Shown piece by piece: positions 23,781 to 34,352 of a DNA stretch of 64,000 bases. Positions within the stretch are counted from its first letter, which is position 1. Each line of letters starts with the position of its first letter. Made by a program: the position numbers and the translations under genes. The DNA lies in assembly GCA_963514005.1 (NCBI GenBank), contig OY740781.1, forward strand, positions 125,550,001 through 125,614,000, given 5' to 3'. Source of the stretch: Raja brachyura. Its lineage: Eukaryota. The notes under the pieces were generated by a model that saw nothing but the letters and a program-made list of their open reading frames with translations, was not told the origin of the DNA and did not search any database.

Positions 23781-24989
23781 TTACTGCCGGTGTTGAGGTC
23801 TCTGCCCTTGCTTCCTTGGCTGGTTGGGGGTGTTCTGGGAGTGGCGCATCTTCCAAGAAGGCCGGCCTGGGCCATGGCCTAAAAAAGACCTTTGTGCAGG
23901 ATTGCCGGCCTTCGAGCTTTCACCACCTGCAGACCTGGAATGGTAACTCTGCCTGGTGGATGTGTAGGGGTGCTGTCTTTGCGGGTAGTGGGGTTTAGGG
24001 AAGCCAGGTATCTTTATAAGGCCCAAAGCCTTTGCCTCCTCATCCAGGTCTTTAACCTGCTTAGGGAGATCTTCCCCGAACAGCAGGCTAGGAGGCTGAG
24101 TCTTCCCAGGCTTACACAACCCCGCAAACTTGGGGTTAAGCGCCGGCTTTATGATGCTTTTTCTAAAGTTGTTAATCTCGTACTGAGTGCTACACAGCCG
24201 AGCCAATGCATCTTGTAATTCCTCCGGCATATCCACACCCACTGCAGTTCTTGCCACTGCCGTAATTCCCGCGGTTAGGAGCTTCAGGATCCTCTGAAGT
24301 TTTATCTCCTGTCCTCTGCTCGATGGGCTCATATTCCCCCATATAGGGTTGTTTACTGCAGGGACATTCAATGAACTGCAGTTTGCTGGTGCCATGTATT
24401 TATCTGCCGTAGCATTTATGGCCTGTTCCTGCAGCTGGTTTGTTGCCATATAGTTAATACTGGCAGCCAGTTTGGGGTGGATGGGTAAGCCCTTCTGTTC
24501 GGGCATGGCATGCTTGTTCACCACATCCATATAGCCTTCACACACCCCTGACACAGTCGGTGATTCAGCCAGCTCCCCTTCTTCTGGGTCAGCCCAGTTC
24601 TGACCCTCAATGCTCCCCTGTATAGAGGGGGAGACATTAGGCAGTCCCCGGTAGGAACCTGCCGTGGGCCTGCTAGTAGGCCTACTGTGATCCTGCCCCT
24701 GCATTAGCAGGTCACGTTGGAGCAGCTGCTCCATCATCCGCTCCATGCGGGCAAGACGACCTCCGTCGCTGTCCGCGAAAGGGGTGTCCTCGGGACCGGA
24801 CTCCGCTGAGTCGGCCCCGGCCGACTTCCGGGTGGTTTTCCCGCCCGACCGTGGCGTACCAACGGTCCCAAAGGGCGAAAAGTCGGGAGCTGCAGGCAGA
24901 ACCTGTAGCTCTGGAGAGGCGGCTCTCTGCTGGCTGCTATCCTTTGCAGCTGTTTTTGCCGCGGCTCTTTTTGATTTTCTTGCTTCCAT
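23781..24989 (-). CDS. DIRS gag-like ORF1 (402 aa)
   Basis: Open ATG-started ORF in ORF1 position; conserved-type block EINNFRKSIIKPALN...LC...LLFGEDL; basic low-complexity termini. Confidence 0.88.
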   Translation of the reverse strand: MEARKSKRAAAKTAAKDSSQQRAASPELQVLPAAPDFSPFGTVGTPRSGGKTTRKSAGADSAESGPEDTPFADSDGGRLARMERMMEQLLQRDLLMQGQDHSRPTSRPTAGSYRGLPNVSPSIQGSIEGQNWADPEEGELAESPTVSGVCEGYMDVVNKHAMPEQKGLPIHPKLAASINYMATNQLQEQAINATADKYMAPANCSSLNVPAVNNPIWGNMSPSSRGQEIKLQRILKLLTAGITAVARTAVGVDMPEELQDALARLCSTQYEINNFRKSIIKPALNPKFAGLCKPGKTQPPSLLFGEDLPKQVKDLDEEAKALGLIKIPGFPKPHYPQRQHPYTSTRQSYHSRSAGGESSKAGNPAQRSFLGHGPGRPSWKMRHSQNTPNQPRKQGQRPQHRQ

Positions 24990-25448
24990 CGCTGTCGTCG
25001 ACTCACTCCTCCGGTGAGACTTACCTGGCGCAAGCTATTTAACTTGTGCTGGAGGAGCCCCGCTCCTCCCGACCGTCGCTTCCGCATGCGTACGACGATA
25101 TGTCGCGCATGCGTGCTGGCGGGGTCTTCACGTAGTCACTCACGTGACTCCGAAGTAAAATTATTATTGATGCACAAAGTGTTAGGTTTGATATTATGTA
25201 GTCAGCTTTGAAACTTAACAGAAAGTTCCTAGACTACTCTAGCTTCCTAAAATCAAGTTGAAGATTGAAAATTCCTCTTAAATCAAGATGAGAGCAAATG
25301 TATTCAAGCAAATTTAAACACAATCATGAAAAAGGAAGAATTCAACTGTTCATTCTTATAGGAACCACATTGACTATCTTCAATCTGAGCATGTTGACAT
25401 TTGTTTACCATTTTTCCCCCTCAATCTTCCATTGTGCAAGAACCTTTA

Positions 25449-26203
25449 TGGGCCTGTCACACTTGGGCGACTGCAGGGGATTATGCAGTCGCCACATGTT
25501 TGCGGGTGGTTGCTAGGGAGTCGCCTTCATGGTCGTGAGGAGTTCCCGCATTCTGGGAACTAGTCGCTGCCTCATTATGGTCGCAGCAAATTTTTCAACA
25601 TGTTGACAAATTAGTGGCGACTAGAATGAAGCAGTCATGGAGAGTAGCGAGAATTCTCGTGCCGTAGGTGCATCGCCAGGAGGTCCTAGTGGGTTGCCAG
25701 GAGGTTGAAGGTTCTCTTAGGTTCTCATGGGTTGTATCCGGTGCTGACCGGTGAATTTCATTGGGGAAAAAAAAGTAGTTTTCAGAACAAAGGATAAGCA
25801 ACCGGTAACGTTAATGTCCGACGAGCTTCACAGGTGTGTATCTCTGGCTTCTGAAAAGCTCTCTCTCCCCCCCTTCTTCCCCCTCTCTCCCCCCTCTCCA
25901 CAACCCCTTTTAAAGGACTTACTGTACACTGCTTTTTAGCTTAATTACAGCACCAATCTTCCTGTTCATCGTGGTATGTGTCAGTATCACATTGGATTTG
26001 CACCATTTGAATTTCACTCGGACAGCGCTTCCCCCTCTTGTCCTGTCCCCGCCTGCATAACGGACTGGTGAAGGAAGTGATGTGTTCTTGTGTGTGTGTT
26101 GCACTCTGACAGTTGCTGTTCCAGTTGCCGGTTTTTCAGGCGACTGCCAGCAACTTGAGTCGCCGGCAGTTGCCTGAAAAATAGTCAAAGTTGGACAGGC
26201 CCA
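25449..26203. mobile_element. PIF/Harbinger-type MITE
   Basis: TIRs TGGGCCTGTC..ACTT; 3-bp TTA TSD (25446-48, 26204-06). Confidence 0.85.
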
Positions 26204-26649
26204 TTAGGTGGATTATTATGGTAAAATAATAGCTGCAGCATTGGTATCTTGTGTAAGTTTATTCTGTGAGAGCTGTTGGTTGAATTTGCTTATCAAAAGA
26301 AGATGAGTACTGAATGTGGCTATAGTCCCTAAGAGTGTTATTGTTGCCTGCTGTCGTTAGACAGAAGTTAGTGCCTGAACCCCAAAGAAGTTCCAAATGC
26401 AAACTCTCAGCAAATTGGGCAGTATCTGTGAGAAGATGTTTTAGTTTGCTCTGGTATTTTACATGTTTAATTGATGTTTGTTTATTAATTTATATTAGGA
26501 ATGTTTTATGTGTCATTCCTAACTGTCACTATGTCATGTTGTCAGTTGTGGGCGGAGCACCAAGGCAAATTCATTGTATGTGAATATACTTGGCCAATAA
26601 ACATATTCATTCATAAACGTATTAATTAATTAATTAATTTCATACATTC

Positions 26650-26945
26650 ATTTGGAGATACAGCACGGAAACAGGCCCTTTGGCCCACCGAGTCCACACT
26701 GACCAGCGATCCCCGCACATTAGCACTATCCAACACGCACTGTGGACAATTTACACTTATACCAAACCAATTAACCTACATACCTGTACGTCTTTGGAGT
26801 GTGGGAGGAAACCAAAGATCTCAGAGTAAACCCACACGGTCACGGGGAGAACGTACAAACTCCATTCAGACAGCACCTGTAACCGGGGTCTCTGGTGCTG
26901 CAAGTGCTGTAAGGCAGCAACTCTACCGCTGCGCCAACATGGCCA
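26650..26945 (-). mobile_element. V-SINE (HE1-like)
   Basis: V-domain GTTCTCCCCGTGACCGTGTGGG...TTCCTCCCACACTCCAAAGACGTACAGGT on the minus strand, with head and tail. Confidence 0.85.
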
Positions 26946-27319
26946 ACAGAGTAAACATTTAAGGTTTTGGTGATCCCGCATTAGATGTGGGAATGTGAGA
27001 AAACAAGTTGTGGAGATAAAGAGAAGGGAATGATAGATGAAATATATAATATGTAGATGAAATGGATAGATAAGTCCGTTTGGGTGAGGGCAGGATCATT
27101 GATATGATCCAAATGGTTCAGGAGTGTTTGTTTAATACGTTAATATGGCTGTTCAGAGAGATGGTCAATGAACACAAGGTTGTGCAAAAACTCTGCAAGC
27201 TCAGAGATGTTACTGATGTATGAAATCAATAGGAGCAATGCTTTGCAGATCAGATGGTGTGTGCAGAGAGAGAACTAATATTAAGGGTGGATAACTTTGT
27301 ATCAGAAATGGCCAGGCCC

Positions 27320-27725
27320 AAACTGGGACTGTTTTCCCTGGATCGAAAGTGGCTGAGGGGCAACATTGTAGATGTTTATAAAATCATGATGGGCATAGAT
27401 AAAGTGGATGATCACAGCCTTTTTCCCCAGGGTTGGGTGTCTAAAACTAGGTGTAGATTAAAGGTGAGAGGGCAAAGACTTAAAGAGCCATCGAGGAACA
27501 GAATTTTCACCAGGAGGGTGGTGGGTATATGGAATAAACTGCCAGATGAAATTATGGAGGTGGGTGCAATTACAATGTTTAAAATATATTTGGGCAGTTT
27601 TGTGAATAGGAAACATTCAGTGGGATATAAACCAAATGTAGACAAATGGAATCAACTCAAATGTTTGGTTTGGATGAGTGAGGTCAAAGGGCCTGTTTCC
27701 ATGCTGTATAACACTATGAGTCTAA
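27320..27725 (+). mobile_element. CR1-like LINE 3' fragment
   Basis: KLGLFSL..KWLRGNIVDVYKIM...FTRRVVGIWNKLP. Confidence 0.75.
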
Positions 27726-30329
27726 CCAGGATCTGATCACACACAAACTAGTGCCTGATCCTTGTCCATGTTCTTCCAGTATAATGCTTGATTTGTTTGC
27801 TTCAAATAACCAACTGTATAAATCTTGAAGTACAGTGGACATTGTCTAACTGGACATTTGAAAGGTCTTTGATAAGAACACTTAAGGTAGGCTAGTCCAG
27901 AAGACTATATCACATGGTGAACCAGAGTGAGTTAACCAATTGGATTGAAAATTGACTTGGTGGTAGGAATCAGAGGGTGGTAATGAGGATTGGTTCTGCA
28001 TATTGTAGCCCTGTGACCAATTGTGTGCCACAGGGATTGATGCTGTTCCTCTGTTTGTCATCCATTTAAAAATGTGGATGACGTTGTTGTTCAGATGTCA
28101 CCGGTACTATCAGATGTAGTGGATAGTGAAGAGGGTTATAGGAGTGGACTTTTACAGATGTTCTCTAATTCATAGATTTAACCTCAGCAAGAAATGTATC
28201 CTAAAAAAAAAAAATAGAGTTAGTAAAGGGACCCTCAAATCCCTCTTAAATCTTTCCCTTCTCACCTTAAATCGACGCCCTCTTATTTTGGACTCTCCTA
28301 CCTTGGCCAAAACCACTGTGACCATTTACCTTATTATTGCTCCTTGTGTCTTTATAAACCTCTACAAGGTCTCCCCTCAATCACCTGGCAGGTACATATA
28401 TAGGGATGGCTCTGAGAGATGTGCACCAAATGCAGGTCTTGGTGGGCATGAACAAGTTAAACAAAAGGATCTGTTTTGTTGCTGTATGACTCTATGACTA
28501 TGAATTAGTCTGATAAACAAAGGCATTTTATGCATAAAATCATTTGGACAGTAGATGAATGGATATGTCATTTCCCCAAAAACTCAAAGTATAAAGCATT
28601 TATTCACTTGATTGCTGAAAACACCACATCTTGCTACACCAGGATTAATACTGTGTGTCCAGGATTGCACTACGATGCACATCTTTAGGGAATGGCTAAT
28701 GAGTGAAGGCTTGCATTTGTAACCAATTATAACCAAAGATACTGGAAATCTGAAATATAGGTTCTGCCTGACCTGCCGTGTATCTTAATCATTCTTTGTT
28801 TTTGTTTTTTTTCAACTGTGAGCAGCTTTTCAAGTGTGTATTGGTACACAGGAGATGCAAAGCAAAAGCTGTGAACTTCTGTTGATTGAGCAATAAACGC
28901 AGAATGGGCTGATGAACATATTTGGTGAATGTGTTCATAGCCCATCTAGTTGGATGATAGTCATGGTAATCACACCAAGACAGGAACTTTTAACACGTGT
29001 TTCTGTTAAATCCTGTGTGTGTGTGCGTGCTCGCGTCTGTTACTAGTATAACTCCCGCAACCTAATTAATTATCTACTGTAAATTGCCATAACTGTATAA
29101 ATGAGTGATAGAATGTTGGGAGGATACACTACAGGTAAAATAGAATGGTTTGTGAGCTACTGTAAACTTGATGGGCTGAATATCAAAAAGAAATATGGAA
29201 AATAAATATGAAATGTTGTTATTTTGTAAGGAAAATGCCAAATGGTGTTAAACAGAGCATTTTGAACTTGCACCCACTACGGATTGCAGTATATTATACT
29301 TTACCAGTTAGCAAGCAGAGAATCAAAGTTCTGCATCTCTTGTTCACGTGCTATGTTTCATGGCTTTGCATATCGTTTGCTTTACCTTGCTTTTTATCTG
29401 CTATTTTGTTCTTGCCATTCATATTCTGGAGAACCTGACAAATATTCAAGGACTATATGCGACCGCCCTGGCATGGAAGGAATAAAGTGGGTCAGTTAAA
29501 TGTTCCCGAAGGCCCTTGAAGGCTTCCTTGAATGTCATTGTTTGCTCCACTCTGTGTGATAGATATCCTGCCTGTGTGCAGAAAGCACATTCTGATCATC
29601 TAAATGACATAACCTTGCAAACTCAAGAGAGTTCAGCTCACTAAGCTCCCAGCATGTCATGCATGCAAAGTGCAGCTGTCCTTCCTTCACTGCAAGAAGA
29701 CTGCATAATCAGTGCCACACTGAGCTGACTCGGTAATGTAATCCAGTGTTCTGTTTGTTTTGTTGATTGCTGCTCTGCAAAGGCTTGATGTGGTGAGGGT
29801 AATTTCTCAGGAACCTCCACCTGCTAGCTGCGTGCTTCAGGTAATAGCTAACGTGCTTCCCACAGTTTTTCATTCATTATTTTTAATGGATGGAAGATCA
29901 GGGCCAGGGTACATATGATTCTGAGCAATATGCAGTTGGGATTGAGGGGAGAAGGGCAAGTCCTGTGGTTCTGCAGAGGGGCATGCAGAGAGACGATCTT
30001 GAACGCGTAAAGTTCAAAAGATTGCCTACAGATCTCTTTCAACCTCTCACTTTGCCAGTTAACAACAATCTTTGAAAAAATATATTGTCTGAATTTCATA
30101 TATCCAGAAGAAGTGGAGTGAGAAAATTAATACTTATCCTCATTCTGTTCCTTGGCACTTTGCACCAAGTAAACCTCCTACCAAAAATCCTTTGATTCGA
30201 TTATCATCCAGAACTTGTAGATTCATAAACTATGGTTCCATTATGCTAGCTTTGTGGTGTACAGGATACCGAGAGGAAGTATTTCTTTTTCACAGACAGT
30301 CAAACAGCAAGGCAACAGGCTAACCAAAG

Positions 30330-32800
30330 AAAGACACACAATGCTGAAGTAACTCGGTGGATCAGGCAGCATCTCTTGAGAACATGGATACGTGATGTTT
30401 TGGATCGGGACCCTTCTTCAGATTGATTGCAGGGGAGCAAGAAAGAAAGGTGGAGAATGGGATGTGCAGGACCGAGCAAGGGTAGTATTGGGTGAAGGGG
30501 ATGGAGTGAACAAAGGAGTCGTAAAGAATGATCCTTGTAGAAAGCAGGAAGTGCTGGGAGTAGAGGATGTGGCAGGAGGTGGGATCTCATTGCAGCTGGA
30601 GCAAATGATGAAGGTTGATATGGCAGATGCAGAGGCAGGTAGGATGAAAGGTAGGGACTGAGGAATTCTATCCATGTTCTGTCTTGGGGACGTGGGGTGA
30701 GAGCAGATGCCCAAGAAATGGAGGAAATACAAATGAGAACTCTATAAACCAGAGTGGAAGGGAAGCTAAGTTTACTTTAAAAAAAAAGGACAGTTCAGAT
30801 GTCCTCGACTGGAAACCTCATCTTCAGAACAGATGGGGTGGAGGTTGAGAATAAGAAAATATTAGTTGGTGTTCTTACAGGAGTCTTGGTGGGAAAGTAG
30901 TGGCAGGAGTCAGTTGGTTTACAGTAAATGTCAGCATATAATCTATCTTATGAGATGGAGAGAGCGAGATACAGAAAAGGGAGAGAGGTAGCAGAAATTG
31001 TCTACATTAATTTGAGGGCAGGGTGATTGTCTGTAGCAAAGTTGATAAAATTAAACAGATCCACATGAGACTGTTACATCAATGATTGTATTGGTGCTGC
31101 TACCAGAGGCAAAATTGGGGAGTGATGCCAGAGTAGGTATCAAACACGTATTGTTCCACATAGCCAACAAAAAGACCCTATGGCAATACCCTTGATATGG
31201 CAATACCCTTGATATGTAGAAAGTGAGAGGGAACAAAAGATAAGCTGTTCAGAGTAAGACTTCCTGCCAGGCAGATGAGAGTGTTAATGGAGATGGTTGG
31301 ATTGTTGTTCCAGAAAGAAATTGAGGGCCCTGAGGGGTTAAAGTATAACCTTTAACTGAAGGGTTATGCAGGGTATAAACTAAAGGTTATACAGGATGAA
31401 GGGTTAAAGGTGTATAAATACTGAACATCTATGGTGAGGATGCTTCTATGGTCAGGGAATTGAAAGTTGTCAAAGGTGTAGGGCATGTGAGGAGTCCCAG
31501 ATATGGCTGGTGTGAGACCGGATAAGGAAAGACTGAATAGAATGTGGTGTGAAGAAATAAGTGCAAGTGGCAAAAATGGGCAGAAACAATTGGCCTTGTT
31601 TGTTGATCTTGGATAAGAGATGGAGTCAATAGTGTTTTATTTTCATATGTCCCAGATAGAACAATGAAATTCTTACTTGCTGCAGCACAACAGAATATGT
31701 AAACATAGTACTCTGTAAATAATATAATAAAGTTCAGAGTGTATATGCACATAGTCACAAATACACACATATATAGATATATACATATATAATAAATACA
31801 TATTCGCTATGAATGTTCTACTGCAGTTGTACAGGGTTTTGGTGAGACCACACCTGGCGTATTGCGTACAGAGAAGGTTCAGAGAAGGTTCACCAGACTG
31901 ATTCCTGGGATGTCAGGACTTTCACATGAAAGACTGGATAGACTCGGCTTGTACTCACTTGAATTTAGAAGATTGAGGGGGGATCTTATAGAAACTTACA
32001 AAATTCTTAAGGGGTTAGACAAGCTAGATGCTGGAAGATTGTTCCCGATGTTGGGGGAGTCCAGAACAAGGGGTCGCAGTCTAAGGATTAGGGGGAATTC
32101 CATTAGGATGGAGATGAGGAAAACATTCTTTACACAGAGTGGTGAGTCTCTGGAATTCTCTGCCACAGAAGGTTGTTGAGGCCAGTTCATTGGCTATATT
32201 CAAGAGGGAGTTGGATGTGGCTCTTGTGGCTAAAGGGATCAGGGGGTATGGGGAGAAGGCAGGTACGGGATACTGAGTTGGATGATCAGCCATGATCATA
32301 TTGAATGACGGTGCAGGCTCTTAGGGCTGAATGGCATACTTTTGCACCTATTTTTCTATGTTTCTATAAAGGTAGGCATTCTGGGCTTGCGGTACAGTTT
32401 GAGGATGTGGAGGGGAGGTTGTCTGATGTGATGAGATGTGTGATTATCTGAGAGTCGGTGGCCAGCTGTTCAGGGGGAGATTTGAGGAAGTGTCCGAGAG
32501 CTGCCATCTAGCCTCTGCAAGGTAGAAGCTAGACCACAACAGCACTGCCCATGTCTGCAGGTTTGATGACGAGGTTGGAATTGGTGTGGAATGAATGGAA
32601 AACTGTGCAGGCCGCGGGGTCAGAAGAGAGTAATGGGAGGTGGTAACGTCATAAGGGTATGCAAGGTTGAGCGTCGTGTTCAGTTTGGGGCTGGGATAGG
32701 AGATCTGGGGAGGGTGCGGCAGATGAAGAGTGGGGTGGTCCCAGTGGAGTGTTGGACGCCTGGGCCTGGAGGAAGGCAGGAGAGTGAGGAGGCCACCATG
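30330..32800 (-). mobile_element. Degenerate Penelope-like element (RT remnants and terminal module), interrupted
   Basis: KPADMGSAVV...RWQLSDTSS (32490-32570), LFVGYVEQ (31150-31175), FHPAL-like segment (~31015), terminal module 30330-30425. Interrupted by a Rex tail (31620-31800) and a CR1 piece. Confidence 0.7.
31805..32367 (+). mobile_element. Young CR1 3' fragment (same family as 55056-59398)
   Basis: VQRRFTRLIPGMSGLS..RLDRLGLYSLEFRRLRGDLIETYKIL; CTATGTTT-type tail. Confidence 0.9.
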
Positions 32801-33442
32801 GAGCTTGTTCCTCATCTGGCTTCATTTGCTGATAAACCTCACGTACTGGGTCATCCACCCCCTCCATCAAATGGTTCCATCTCCCCACCATCCACCTTCC
32901 CCTTATCTGGGTCCACATTACCTTCCTCAGTTATCATGTTCCAGCATCTGTAGCCTCTTGTATCTCCATTTATCACCTTCCAGCCGCTGCCTTTACCTCC
33001 ACCTTCCCCACCCCCACCGTATTCCATCTGCCCTTTTTTTCTCTCTCCTCATCAATCTCTACCTTTCAACCACCTACTGCTGCCTTCCAACAACCTCTCC
33101 CTTCCCAGTCTGGTATTATTTGCCCATCAACCCCCTCCTCACCTCATTCCACCTACTGCCAGCCAGCTCCTGATTCACCCTTCCCTCTCATCTCCTTCTA
33201 CTGGCTATCTCTCCTCTGCACTCTCAATCCTGAATGAGAGTCTCAACCTGTAGTGTCGATCACCCCACTGCCATTGAGTTTCTACTGAGAATTTATTGAG
33301 GCCAGTCAACCTAATAATGCAATAATGCAGTATCTGTGGGACGTGGGAAAAAAACTAAACACAGACGGTTGCAAACTCCATACAGAGAGCACCCGAGATC
33401 ATGATTAAACTGGGTTGTCCATATCAGGACAGACATAAAATG

Positions 33443-34352
33443 CGACCGTTTTGCTGAACACCTTCGCTCAGTCCGCCTTGGCCTGCGCGATCTCCCAGTT
33501 GCCAAACATTTTAACTCCCCCTCCCATTCCCACAATGGCCTTTCTACCCTGGGCCTCCTCCACTGTCAAAGTGAGGCCATAGGCAAATTGGAGGAAAAGC
33601 AGCTCATATTTTGCATGGGCTGCTTAAACCAAGTGGCATGAATATTGACTTCTCTAACTTCAGTAACCCTTGCATTCCTTCTCTCTCCATCCCTCCCCCG
33701 TGTTAGTCATCTTGCTAATTTCACCATTTGTATTCCTTCGTTATCACCTTGTTACTCATTCGAGTTTAGAAGAATGAGAGGGGACCTCACTGAATAGTGA
33801 AAGGCTTGGATAAAGTGGATGTGGAGAGGATGTTTCCACTAGTGGGGGAGTCTAGGAATTTATTTAGTCAGAGGGTGGTGAAAATTGTGGAATTCTTTGC
33901 CTCAGGAGGCTGTGGAGGCAAAGTCAGTGGATATATTTAAGGCTGAGATAGATTCTTGATTGCTACAGGTGTCAGAGGTTATGGGGAGAAGGCATGAGAA
34001 TGGGGTTAAGAGGGAGGAAATACTGTACATCAGTCGTGATTGAATGGCGGAGTAGACTTGATGGGCCGAATGGCCTAATTCTGCTCCTATCACATGATCT
34101 TATGATCTTGTCCCCAGCCAACAAGGGACCATTGTGGACTCCACCTTTCCTGAGTCACTGATGCAGGCTCTGCTTTGTTCTGTACGTTCCTATACCACCA
34201 GTTTCCCCCTCCCTGACTCTCAGTCTGATGTAGGGTCTTGACCCAAAACATCACCTATTCCTTTTCTCCAGAAATGCTGCCTGATCCGCTGAGTTATTCC
34301 AGCATTTTGGGTCTATCTTCGGTGTAAACCAGCACCTGCAGTTCCTTCCTAC
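33443..34352 (+). mobile_element. Penelope 3' fragment split by a CR1 3' fragment (33757-34108)
   Basis: DRFAEHLRSVR..LPVAKHFNSPSHSH (post-GIY-YIG region) and terminal module 34219-34350. Confidence 0.7.

Larger units (their letters stand above)
20381..25161 (-). mobile_element. Full-length DIRS-type tyrosine-recombinase retrotransposon (4781 bp)
   Basis: gag, RT/RH/MT and YR ORFs; 35-bp ITRs (20454-20488 / 25100-25134); ICR 20608-20720 exactly complementary to both ends; ATT at both termini and at the ICR junction. Confidence 0.97.

Noticed and set aside
31179-31216. 17-bp tandem duplication TATGGCAATACCCTTGA x2
   Set aside because: Two copies with no spacer inside a decayed Penelope; slippage, not a CRISPR-like array.
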